Shown here: piece after piece, positions 1-13,700 of the stretch
Layout: each line of letters opens with the position of its first letter
How positions within the stretch are numbered: the stretch's first letter is position 1
Origin: Antedon mediterranea
Taxonomy: Eukaryota; Animalia; Echinodermata
Reading direction: 5' to 3'
NCBI RefSeq assembly: GCF_964355755.1
Contig: NC_092673.1
Location: 21,201,648-21,265,647, forward strand
DNA: 64,000 nt
Notes under the pieces: model-generated
Databases searched by the model: none
The model's input: only the letters and a program-made list of their open reading frames with translations
Told to the model about the DNA's origin: nothing
Program-made: the position numbers and the translations under genes

Positions 1-350
1 TCAATTATCAATACAAAATGAATTTGGTTTTACATCAGAATATCATAGAAATTGGAGGGGGTTCGTTTTCATGGCCTATCTAAAATTTTCAACCCCCCTG
101 TGAAGGAATGAAATCCCTTTGTTTAAAGAAGTTCTGAATCGATATTCATCATTATTTTTTCATAATCGATCAGTTCTCAACACTATGTCAATTATCAATA
201 CAAAAAAAATTGGTTTTAAATCAGAATATCATAGAAAATGGAGAGGGGGAGGGGGGTAGGTACGTTTTCATGTCCTATCGAAAATTTACAACGCCCCTAA
301 ATAAGTTCTGAATTGGTATTCATCATTATTTTGTCATAATCAATTAGTTC
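1..350. repeat. Two diverged tandem copies of a ~188-bp unit (may continue upstream of the window)
   Basis: tcaattatcaatacaaaa...atcagaatatcatagaaa...gttttcatg.cctatc...agttctgaat...tattcatcattatttt begins at 1 and again at 189. Confidence 0.75.
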
Positions 351-925
351 AGTGGGTGTTTATTGACAGAAATCCAAATAGCCTAGTACTACTAGTATAC
401 TCTTACGGTGTTGTTCTATTGACAAAACTACATGGTGCAGTATTTAAGTTGAGTTATTGTACCACCAATTGTGTTTGAAATTATTATGAGTATATTCATT
501 ACTTTGAATGGTGCAAGAATTCTATTTAAAATGTCATCACTGAAGAGTACACTGTGCAGTACTTGATGGACCAGGCTGCCAGGCAAAACAGATCACTCCA
601 AAAATATCTGAATGATGATTGGGTATTGGTTCACTATAATCACAATCTTATTGGTTAAAAATAATAACAGAAGTTTAATAACAAAGTTAGAAATTATTTT
701 GCATACAAATGTTGATTGGTATCCTATTGGTGGATAGTAATGAATTTAGTGAAATCCTATTGGTTAATAGAAAGTATCCTGGAAGCAATAAAAGAACGAA
801 ACCGTAATTGTTAAAACTGTTTTGCTGTCTGATCAGCTGAATCTAGATACATTTTTTCAAGTTTAACATCAACAAGGTAGGCATGAGTACCTCTCATTAT
901 ATACTGTAGTAAATAAATTTCCAGC

Positions 926-1136
926 ATGATAATTCAATTGGCTAGGTTGATAATTTTTTTTTACATAATTAATTAGCTGTATGAATGTATACATTTCTCC
1001 TAGAACTTGTTGAAAAACGATCTTTTTGTAAGCATATTTCTGTAAGTAATATGTTCTTGTAAATAGGTCTTGTGACATACTGTGATTACATATAAATAAA
1101 AAAAAAAATTATCAACCTAGCCAATTGAATTATCAT
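926..1136. repeat. Perfect ~37-bp inverted repeat with ~137-bp spacer
   Basis: atgataattcaattggctaggttgataattttttttt (926-962) is the reverse complement of aaaaaaaaattatcaacctagccaattgaattatcat (1100-1136). Confidence 0.85.
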
Positions 1137-1716
1137 TACTGTTAAATTGCATTTCGAGAATAAATAAAGTTTTGAATTGAATTGAATACATCGTTTGGTT
1201 CATACTAGACTAGACACGTGTTGGTTTGTCAGTTGGTACTATTCTAGTAGTAGATAAAATACTTATAACATATAACCAGGGTGTTTACATGAATAAGCAT
1301 ATGCTTGATCATAACACATGAATAGAATGATGTATCGTTACACAAAATAATATAGAATTTGAGTATCCGCTCATTAAATCAATTTTATTATCATTTAAAC
1401 TATCAACCGGATAAACGTTTTACACATTATTGCAGACAATTTTAAGCAAAATTAATATATGCCTGTAAAAAAAATAATAAAATATATTTGGTTAAATTAA
1501 AATTGTGTCCATGAAGACAATAGGTTTCAATAAGTCTTGATACAAATTAATTACTTTGGTGAAATTTATTTACACAATTATTAAGCGGTTACTTTCTATT
1601 TAAAACTGGGCCTTAGTTACAGTGCCTATAAATTAAATACAAACATTTAAAAAACATTTTTTTTAAAAGTAAACAATTTTGCCCATCTCCAAAGTAAATG
1701 TTTAGGTTGTAAAACT

Positions 1717-3552
1717 ATGGAAGAAGAATATGACAAGGTATATAATTACCTGAGTAATTCTAGTTATCCAGAGGGATGTTCCAAAGAGGATAAACGGAGG
1801 ATCAGAAGAAAATGCCTGAATTTTGTTATACAAGGTATATAAACATTTACTACTAATTCACACCATCCCCAACTACAGGGAGGTTGCGAACAACTGTAAA
1901 AACTATTTCTCTTATAATACAGATTATAAATAATTCAAAAATAAATATCAATTTGTAGGCAAAAATCTAAGAGTAAACAAATACTCTTCAAAGGTAAATG
2001 ACTATACAGTTTTGTTTTGTTATTACAAATTAGTAGTATTATAGAACTTGTGTTATCAACGCTGACTCCATTCTTCATTGTTTTAAATACTTCTTTAATT
2101 CTTGTTTTGTTTTTCCTTTTTGTAATCTACAATAAAATAAATACAATTTGATATCAATATTAATCATTATTCATAATTATATTTTTATTAAATCTAGGAA
2201 AAATCCTTCACCGAAAAATAAAGGATGGAAGAGTTGTCAAATGCATAAAAACAAAAGAAGAAGCAAAAGAAGTCTTGAGACAGGTACACGACATACCAAC
2301 AGGGGGGCATCTAGGCCGAAACAAAACACAAAAGATGGTGTGTGCACGTTTTTACTGGCCAGGCCAAACACTAATGATAAATGAATGGGTAAGCTTGAAA
2401 TCTTATGAAGGTATACATTTTTTTAAGATTACAATTTCTCTTATGGTAACAGTCTTTTATTCAGTCTATTTACAATTGGAAAGTTTTGTTTAAATAAACA
2501 ATTATTTACATAAATAATGTTTAGCTGTCAGACATCATATGAAAGTTTGGAGATGTAAATTGCTAGAATATATAGAACAATGTATCTTAACAATAAAATA
2601 TTTTGTTTAACTTCTAGATAACAAACTGCTTGTCTTGCCAGAAAGGAGACAGCTTAAAGTCAATTTCAAGGGAACTCCAACCAATAGCAGTATGACTTTA
2701 TTGTTTATTTTTATTCTGATCTAAGAATGGTTTTTTCATTACAAAAAAAAGATCATCATCAAAACATTATTAATCAAACCAGGCAACTCACTCATACTGG
2801 TTGACCAAGTATTGATTTTTAATTGAGGGTGTATGTTTCCATTCATGTTTGTGCCAAAAAATGTTTTGCAGTTTAAAAAACGAATTTTGTTTTACAGTAT
2901 AATTGTGAATCTCAAAACTACATTACTTTTAAAGGTTTCAAAAATTCTGCCCTACCAGACCAACAGCATTATTTAAAATATATGTTGTAAATTAAATTTA
3001 ATTGTTTTGTTTCTGCAGGTAACTGGCCCTTTTGAGATGATGGGCATTGATTTAATGGGCCCATATAAAACATCAGACGGAGGAAAAAAGTACATATTTA
3101 CCGCTACTGATTACTACACCAAATGGTGCGAGGCCTTTGTCATTCGGCAAAAAACAAGTGAGGAGGTAGCAGAGTGCATGGTAAAAATTTACCACAGACA
3201 TGGTGCCGTTAAATCAATCATAAGCGACAACGGAAAAGAGTTTGTAAATAAGGTTAGTTCATTATGAGTTAAGTATATATTAAGCGTCTCTACAACAATA
3301 TATAATTCGTTGAATTTCAAATGGGAATAGAAAATAATGTAATTGTTAATGTTTTTCAAAACTGAAGGTTAACGAGAGACTTTGCAAAATATTGGGGGTA
3401 CAACATAGGAAAACAACAGCTTACCATCCACAATCAAATGGCTTGGATGAAAGTACCAATAAAAAAATAAAGAGGTATGTGCATCTTTACAATTATAATA
3501 TTCAATCAGCACGTTGAAACTAAAATAAATACCCGCCCTTGAGTGGTTGCCA

Positions 3553-3589
<37 letters not shown>

Positions 3590-4761
3590 GTTGGTTTTTA
3601 AAAGTATAAAACATTTCCAGTACAATATCGGTTATTTTAAAATTCAATTATACTCTCCCGAACACTTTTCTTTTACACCAAACCAGTAAAATTTGGCCAC
3701 TAGTCCCAACTCCAGTAACATCCAGAGAAAGTGGATAACAAGGACCCCATATTGGCCGCTATATTTGATTTAAGATGACGGATAATGTTCAAAGTTCACA
3801 TCAATATTCCTAGATGTGTAAGGATGTGTGGAAAAAAAAATCTTATAAACCTTCTCAATTGTATACAGATGGCAATAACAAATCCACTATTATCAAACAG
3901 TAAATATATGTATAGTCATTAATTTCCATAACATCATCCAAATGTTGGTTTTATATTTCAGTTGCCTGAGTAAATTAATGGATCAAAAAAAAGATGACTG
4001 GGAAAGGTACCTGGATTCAGTCGTTTTCGCCTTAAATATCAACTGGCACACGACTACAGAGTACAGTCCATTTTTCCTCCTGTACCACAGAAAACCTAAA
4101 ATACCAGCTGAGATAAGTGACGAAGATGAAGAGTGGGTAGGGACCAATGTATTTTTACATCCATTTTCTCTTCATCTGAGCAGAATGCCATTTGGCAGGA
4201 AACATCATCAATGTTTTGCATAAATGCCTTACTGACAACCATATTTCTAGACGAAATAAAATTATGGTTTCAATTATTATCGTTATTAACAATTGTGCAA
4301 TTTTTAATTTATTAGTGTTCTGATATTATGTATAAATTTGTATCTCTAAAAACAGTTATCAAACCTATCGTGCATAACAGAGGCAAATGAAGAAATGGTG
4401 AAAAACAGAGGCAATGCCATCAAAGAAACGACCAAAGCTGTTCTAAAAAATATAAAGAAAAAGCAGAAACAATACAAAACAAAATATGACAAAAAGTTAA
4501 AAAAACCAGCCATTGAAGTAGGTTCAAAAGTTTTAAAATTCAACCAAAGAAAACGAAATATTAAAGGAAATCGTTTGCAACCGAACTTCAGTGGTCCCTA
4601 TATTGTTGCATCCATTGAAGGTAAGACTGTCACACTAAAAGATGAAAATGGAAGTGTTTTGAAATCAAGAACAAGCCTTGATCACATCCGTATATGCAAT
4701 GAGAGTAACACAGAAAAAAGTATCTGTGAAGAGCCAAAAAACAATGATGATGAAGATCTAC
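1717..4761 (+). other. Integrase part of the Ginger-like gene (7 exons)
   Basis: MEEEYDKVYNYLSNSSYPEGCSKEDKRRIRRKC (GIN1/Ginger-type N-terminus); HDIPTGGHLG...FYWPG...CLSCQ (HHCC zinc finger); GIDLMGP, IISDNGKEF, YHPQSNGLDE (D,D,E triad); SPFFLLYHRKP; FSGPYIV (GPY/F motif). Confidence 0.93.
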
Positions 4762-7700
4762 GTAAGTACATAATGTAACATTTGAATTAAACTCATCTTT
4801 TAAATCTATAGTATAGGAATTGTTTGTGGTCATGAAGACAATGTAAATACATGTCTCTATAAATTAACATGCATATGTATAGTATTCAATATGTTTTTAT
4901 TTCAGCAAATCAAGGTTATAATAATTATATTTTTCTAGCAGAAGATGTTACAGAACCACACCATGAGCCAGGTAAGTTGTTACATTTATAAATACATTAT
5001 TCTTAACGTTCTTTTATGGCATTTATTTACATTTAATTATTTCAGCAAATCAAGTTTAAAATAATTATCTTTTTCTAGCAGATGATGTTACAGAACCACA
5101 CCATGAGCCAGGTAAGTTGTTATATTTATAAATACATTATTCTCAACGTTCTTTTATGGCATTTATTTACATTTAATTATTTTAGCAAATCAAGTTTATA
5201 CTAATTATCTTTTTTTAACAGATGATGTTACAGACCCACATCATGAGCCAGGTAAGTTGTTATATTTATAAATACATCATTCTCAACGTTCTTTTATGGC
5301 ATTTATTTACATTTAATTATTTCAGCAAATCAAGTTTATACTAATTATCTTTCTTTTTTAACAGATGATGTTAAAGAACCACGTCATGAGCCAGGTAAGT
5401 TGTTATATTTATAAATACATTATTCTTAATGTTGATTTATGGGATTTTCTTTTATTTAATTAGTTTAGCAAATCAAGTTTATACTAATTATCTTTTGTTA
5501 ACAGATGATGTTACAGAACCACATCATGAGCCAGGTAAGTTGTTATATTTATAAATACATTATTCTCAACGTTCTTTTATGGCATTTATTTACATTTAAT
5601 TATTTTAGCAAATCAAGTTTATACTAATTATCTTTTGTTAACAGATGATGTTACAGAACCACACCATGAGCCAGGTAAGTTGTTATATTTATAAATACAT
5701 TATTCTTAATGTTGTTTTATGGCATTTATTTACATTTAATTATTTCAGCAAATCAAGTTTATAATAATTATCTTTCTTTTTTAACAGATGATGTTACAGA
5801 ACCACATCATGAGCCAGGTAAGTTGTTATATTTATAAATACATTATTCTTAACGTTGATTTATGGGATTTTCTATTATTTAATTATTTCAGCAAATCAAG
5901 TTTATAATAATTATCTTTTGTTAACAGATGATGTTACAGACCCACACCATGAGCCAGGTAAGTTGTTATATTTATAAATACATTATTATTAATGTTGTTT
6001 TCTGGCATTTATTTACATTTAATTATTTCAGCAAATTAAGTTTATACTAATTATCTTTTGTTAACAGATGATGTTACAGAACCACGTCATGAGCCAGGTA
6101 AGTTGTTATATTTATAAATACATTATTCTTAACGTTGATTTATGGATTTTTTTAAATTTAATTATTTAAGCATATCAAGTTTATAATAATTATCTTTTGT
6201 TAACAGATGATGTTACAGAACCACATCATGAGCCAGGTAAGTTGTTATATTTATAAATACATTATTCTTAACGTTCTTTTATGGCATTTATTTACATTTA
6301 ATTATTTCAGCAAATCAAGTTTATAATAATTATCTTTTGTTAACAGATGATGTTACAGAACCACATCATGAGCCAGGTAAGTTGTTATATTTATAAATAC
6401 ATTATTCTTAATGTTGATTTATGGGATTTTCTTTTATTTAATTAGTTTAGCAAATCAAGTTTATACTAATTATCTTTTGTTAACAGATGATGTTACAGAA
6501 CCACATCATGAGCCAGGTAAGTTGTTATATTTATAAATACATTATTCTCAACGTTCTTTTATGGCATTTATTTACATTTAATTATTTTAGCAAATCAAGT
6601 TTATACTAATTATCTTTTGTTAACAGATGATGTTACAGAACCACATCATGAGCCAGGTAAGTTGTTATATTTATAAATACATTATTATTAATGTTGTTTT
6701 ATGGCATTTATTTATATTTAATTATTTCAGCAAATCAAGTTTATACTAATTATCTTTTGTTAACAGATGATGTTACAGACCCACACCATGAGCCAGGTAA
6801 GTTGTTATATTTATAAATACATTATTATTAATGTTGTTTTATGGCATTTATTTACATTTAATTATTTCAGCAAATCAAGTTTATAATAATTATCTTTTCT
6901 TTTTTAACAGATGATGTTACAGAACCACACCATGAGCCAGGTAAGTTGTTATATTTATAAATACATTATTCTTAACGTTGATTTATGGGATTTTCTATTA
7001 TTTAATTATTTCAGCAAATCAAGTTTATAATAATTATCTTTTGTTAACAGATGATGTTACAGAACCACATCATGAGCCAGGTAAGTTGTTATATTTATAA
7101 ATACATTATTATTAATGTTGTTTTCTGGCATTTATTTACATTTAATTATTTCAGCAAATTAAGTTTATACTAATTATCTTTTGTTAACAGATGATGTTAC
7201 AGAACCACGTCATGAGCCAGGTAAGTTGTTATATTTATAAATACATTATTCTTAACGTTGATTTATGGGATTTTTTTAAATTTAATTATTTAAGCATATC
7301 AAGTTTATAATAATTATCTTTTGTTAACAGATGATGTTACAGAACCACATCATGAGCCAGGTAAGTTGTTATATTTATAAATACATTATTCTTAACGTTC
7401 TTTTATGGAATTTATTTACATTTAATTATTTTAGCAAATCAAGTTTATAATAATTATCTTTTGTTAACAGATGATGTTACAGACCCACATCATGAGCCAG
7501 GTAAGTTGTTATATTTATAAATACATTATTATTAATGTTGTTTTATGGCATTTATTTATATTTAATTATTTTAGCAAATCAAGTTTATAATAATTATCTT
7601 TTGTTAACAGATGATGTTACAGACCCACATCATGAGCCAGGTAAGTTGTCGTATTCATAAATACATTATTATTAATGTTGTTTTCTGGCATTTATTTACA

Positions 7701-10700
7701 TTTAATTATTTCAGCAAATTAAGTTTATACTAATTATCTTTTGTTAACAGATGATGTTACAGAACCACGTCATGAGCCAGGTAAGTTGTTATATTTATAA
7801 ATACATTATTCTTAACGTTGATTTATGGGATTTGTTTTTATTTAATTATTTAAGCATATCAAGTTTATAATAATTATCTTTTGTTAACAGATGATGTTAC
7901 AGAACCACACCATGAGCCAGGTAAGTTGTTATATTCATAAATACATTATTATTAATTTTGTTTATTTACATTTAATTATTTTAGCAAATCAAGTTTATAA
8001 TAATTATCTTTATTTCTAGCAGATGATGTTACAGAACCACACCATGAGCCAGGTAAGTTGTTATATTCATAAATGTTTTATTTCATAATTGTAAGAGTGT
8101 CTAGAAAACACAGATCTGATTATTGTCCTATATATATAATATATATATATATATAAATCTGAAGGCAAATTACTGAAAATAATAACAATGCTATATATAT
8201 ACATATATAAAAAAGTCAAATCGACAAAAGAATCGTTTTATTATTAATAAGAGGGTAGTGCGGTCAATTTGCATAAAATGCTGGTACAGTATATTTCAGA
8301 TATTCATGATATAAGAACACTATTCAATGACTGATTGTGCATAATGCATAAACATTTTATTTATCTTTAAATCTCCCCGCAATAGCCTAAATATATAGGC
8401 TAACATAACTTTGTAGTTTGCATTACATTATGACAAATATTTTGATATTTTGATATTTTTAAAAAGGTAAACAGCAAAGACGACACACTGGATTTGCCAA
8501 GATTGAAAACGTCGGCTATAATTCGCCAATTACATTTTCTTCGTCGGAGTCTGAGGTTTCTCTAAATAATCTCGAAAAAGGAACAAAAAACATAAACAAT
8601 TTATTTAGTTCGGATTTGGACAACCAAGGTTTGTTATTAATTTTACAAAACCTACTTTATCCTTGTGTGACACACATACATTTTAATGTCGAAAAACTAA
8701 ATTTATTTTCATTTTCAAAATGTTTACTTATCGATCTGAAATTCTATTTTTATAGTACGAAAAAACAAAACAACCACTATAGTATCCATATCATCTGATT
8801 TTGATGACTTAATACCACAGGTTGATGCTACAGACTTTCCCTCCGATTCTTTCCATAAATGTGATATGATTTCCATATCTCCACTTTCCACAACCAACAA
8901 CGAAAAACAAACAGACACATAGAGGGCGACAATACAAAAAAAAAATTATTCAAATTTGTTTTCGGTATTTAGCATTTTTTACCTCCGCCAAGGAGGTATA
9001 TGTAATCGATCGCGTGTGTTTGTTAGTTTGTCTGTCTAGACAGTTTGTTTGTTTGTTAACAGGATTACTCAAAAAGTAATTACAAGGTCTTTACCAAAAT
9101 GAATGTACAGATAGATATGTGGTCAACGACCATTCCATTAAATTTTGGGACCATTTCGGACCACGGTCCCAATTCTGGACCACTTTTTAGTATACTTTTC
9201 AGACCTGCTAGTGTTAAAAGATAGGACAAAATTTTTCAAACGCCGGCGAGCAGTCTTAAAGTAACAAGTAAACTGTAATTGAATTTTCTCGAAAACTACT
9301 TGTCCAAAAAACTTCATTTTTGTACAAGAGGCAAGAGTTCTAATTTCTGATTTGTAATTTTAAAACATAATTTTATTTAATGTGCACATTTTTTGATGCG
9401 AGTAGTTTAAAAAAGCCTATTTCTTTTCAAATTCACTCGTTTGATTTTCGCGTTGCTGTTCTTAGTCAACTGAAGCTATTGTTAATTGTTGAAAGGCTTG
9501 TTACATAACCATTACACCAAACTCGTATACATATGCTTGTATTTAAATTAGCCTAAATCAGAACACACAAATATATACAGTATATATTTTTTTTTTACCG
9601 GAGAAATCTTATGTAGGAGAATTTTACAGTAGGCGGAGGTATGCACTCTCAGAGTGGCTTTCTAGTTTATTTTGTTTTTGGTTGTTTTCGGTTTGTGTTT
9701 GGTTGCTTTCGGTAATTAGACTGACCATTTTTGTTGTTTTCGGTTGTTTTTTTTATTGTTTTCGGTAATTAGACTGATCCTACATTATTATTAATGTTGT
9801 TTTCTGGCATTTATTTACATTTAATTATTTTAGCAAATTAATTTTATAATAATTATCTTTGTTTATTAACAGATGATGGTAAGTTGTTATATTCATAAAT
9901 ACAGTTGTTTTATGGCATTTATTTACATTTAGTTTATAATAATTATCTTTTGTTAACAGATGATGTTACAGAACCACATCATGAGCCAGGTAAGTTGTTA
10001 TATTTATAAAATACATTATTTTAAACCTTTTTTTATGTATGTTATGTATTGAATTTGGCATTAAATTAAAATCCCTTTTGAGATTTGTTGTTAATCACCA
10101 CATTGTTGAAACCAAAGAATTGTGTTATTAACCACATTGGTTTCTCTCATCTGTCTTGGATAAAAGTTTTACATTTTAGAATTTTATATGCACCTATTTA
10201 TATTATTTATTCAGTAGATGAAGGGGATGATGAAATGGAAAGTGATTGTAAGTAATCTGAAATGTATTCAACTAAAGGGCGGTCCTATCCTTTATATAAA
10301 AAAATTTAAAAAAGTGTATGACCGATTTTGTTAGCCCTGGTTTTTAGTTATGCAAAAAAAATAACTTCTTGATAAAATGTTAAAATATGTATAGTTTATG
10401 AATTGTAAGATAATATTGCATGGGATTTCGCTCTGTGCCCATTAGAAATTCTGCAGTGAATGTTTTCTATTTTGTCATTCTAATTTGGTTTTCTTTACTT
10501 TGTGTTTATATTATAATAACAGTATGTACTACATACATTATAACAATTACTTTTCATTTTTTAGTTGATGATGATGAACTTTTAAATCTATGTAAGTACA
10601 TAATTGTAAACGATAAAAGAATTGATTTAGTTTGCACAGCGTAGAAAAAGATACAACAAACAATACAGAAAGTATAAAGCATACAAGTTAGATAAATAAG

Positions 10701-13700
10701 TTCAAAATTTGTTCAAAACATGGATGGGAGCAGTGGACCATCCGACTCAAGCCATTTCAAATCAATGGGAGCACTTAATGCCGACCTACAGGGTATATAG
10801 GCTGTAAATATAAAGGTATATCAAATTGCCCCAGCTTAAGTTAAATCCCCATCTTTCCCCTTGCTTGAGCTATTGGGTAAGTGTTGTTTCTGTAGCAAAA
10901 TGTGAATGTAAAAATTAGTAAAATAGACAAATTTTTATTCTAGCTGAACTAGATATATCCTGGACAAAGGATGAAAGCTGTGAGTATACTAATTGTTTAT
11001 TATTAATACGTAATAAGAAATGTATTAATATGTAATAAGAATAATTTGTTTGGTAACCGATGAATAAATAACAATACGTAAAAAAAGGCTGCAAAAATAG
11101 TAATGAAATAAGACAACATACAGAATGTAACTACTGTATATATCATGAATAAAGTGTTTTGTAATACAGTAAACATTAAACAACTTACCGTAACAAATAT
11201 TAAAAACAAAGTTGTCTAGCATTCATATTATCATCTTATTATTATCATATAAATTATTCTGCAGCCAAACTAGATGTGTCCTGGATAAAACAAGAGACTT
11301 GTAAGTACATAATACAGGATTGGAGTACTGTTATGGAGGATTCTCACAAATTGCCTTGCTATTTACCTATATCTTATTAAATAATTATATTTATTCACTT
11401 ACCAAGATGGGTTAGAATTAATTTATATGATTCAATATTGGTAATCAATGAAATATAAAATATAATTACAGGAATTATTAAAAATTAAAATTAACTTTCA
11501 TTTATTATCAATAGCTATTCAGAATTGTTATTATACAAAGGATTTGGCTGTTAAAGGTAACTACTGTTTTAAAAACCAAAGTTAACAAACTGCATGAATG
11601 TTTAAAGTGATACATACAGTAATGAAGCTAACAATAACAAGCTATGAAATACACAAAACATTATAAGTGAATGGTACTGCAATATTTACTAATTACTGTG
11701 CTATAAAACAAGTTAAATTGCTAATTTAAAATCTATCAATGGCATAGAAATGTCTATATTCAATTATTAGTATCAAAATGAAGCTAACCTTCAGATATAA
11801 TTTAAATATTGTAAAGTAAATTTTTCTTATATTAAATTTAGCTCTTGATTCAGCTTGGAATTTAAGTCAATTGGACCAATGCCTAGTCAGTAAGGTATCC
11901 GGTATTCAGGTTTTTAAAAACGACCTATCCACCATTCGAGATTGGCTATCAGACAAGGTAAACATGTACTACTTAATTATTGGTTATCCGCTCTCTCTAA
12001 TTGTCAATTTTTTTTTTTTTTGCTATTATTTTTTCTTTCTGCCATCTTTTTTCTAAAACTTGCAATCATAACATATCGTAAATTTCTTAACATATTGACA
12101 TTTATGTTCTGCCTACATTTTCATAACAATTGTACACTTGTCCAAAGTGCAGGTTCAAATGTAATATGTATTTGTCCATGTACAGACATGTATTTTTCAC
12201 TATAATTTTTGTACAAAAACAAACCACTTAAAAATACTGTAACTTCACACAGTAATTAGTCAACAACAAAAATACACCAGAAATTAAAACCACCTTTTAA
12301 ATCTTTCAGGTAATTGACGTATTCCTAGAAATACTAGTTCTCCGAAACACGGTAAGTGGTGGTTCTGTGTTGTTTTAAAGGTTGAATTGAAATTTACTGA
12401 AGATGTGTTTATACTGTATTCCCAAGAAGCATAGATTATAATATTCATTAACAACCATACATATATTATTACACATTTATAGAATGAATGTTTAGTGTTT
12501 CTAAGTTTGATAGTTCTTTATAAAGTATTTAAAATTATTATGTTTCATTCATTGTTCCAGTAGTCTTAGTGTACTTAATTGTGAATAGCATATTATCTTT
12601 TACAGGAAAAAAAAATACTAAGGATAGAATCTGTCATTTTGACAGATATTCTTAATGGTTCATGCAAACCAAGTCACTTAAGGAAGGTATGTATCATGAC
12701 ACAAATAACACATTTATTGATAATAAAAAAAACTGCTTTATTGATAGTTTATAATTTATAAAGCACAAACAAATTTATAGGTCTTCCAACAATAAACAAT
12801 TTGTTCTTAAACTAACTATTCAATGAAAAATAGTTAATTAATAAACAGGGATAGATGCTGTTTGGGTTTCTTTATAAGCTATAGTTTGTGTTATCAACTT
12901 TCTATTGTGTAGTAATGCTAAAAAAAACACTACTACTGCACAGTACTAAAATCTCAAGTAACATTTTAAAAATAGAACTATGCTACAAAATTTAAAACTG
13001 TTTTTAGGTCATATTATGACTAACTTTTTTTTTATATATGGTAGGTTGATTTCTCCAATTTTGATACCATAATTGGTGGGTTACATGAACCAGGCCATTG
13101 GACTTTTATAGTAAGAAGGTTTTATTCAAACTTATTCATGATTGTTAATTACAAAAGTCTTTTGTTAAAGAATTTTATTTTCAGTCCTGTGAATGTTTTG
13201 ATAACAATTATTATACTATTTCAGATTGGATACCCAGAGCAGAATCTGCTATTATATCTAAATCCCCTAGGAGAGTTGCAGGAAAAATGCACTAGCATTA
13301 AAGCTAATTGGAAGTAAGTATTGATGTTACAATGTGGCTGGCAGGCTGTAGTATCATATAGAAATGATTGTAAGACAAAACAGTTTATGATAGGTAAATC
13401 ATTCTGTGAATTATTGAAAAAAACATCTAAATATGTACAACTGTATACTAATAATTATTATAACTTTGCCTAAAAATGTTTTGCTAAATTAACTAAATTT
13501 TATGATTTTCAATATTGATAGTATTTAAAAAATGGCACCTCCTCTTTTATTTTTTTTATTTCCATAAGTTGACATTACTTAGTTAACCTGTAAGATAATT
13601 TGTCTGTGTTCGATGTCATTTTTTGTTTCAGTCTGTTTATGCAAATTAATGAGTAGTTAATATGGCAATCAGCATGTTGGCAATAGTTCACTGTTGGTGC

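Noticed and set aside
1717-4761. Gypsy LTR retrotransposon pol remnant
   Set aside because: The integrase is split by canonical introns, starts with its own ATG exon, and no gag, aspartic protease, RT, RNase H or LTRs are visible.
4895-8073. CRISPR-like reading: conserved 30-37-nt core repeated at regular spacing
   Set aside because: The intervening sequences are near-identical to each other rather than unique spacers, there are no cas genes, and the context is eukaryotic; the core is bounded by AG/GT splice signals.
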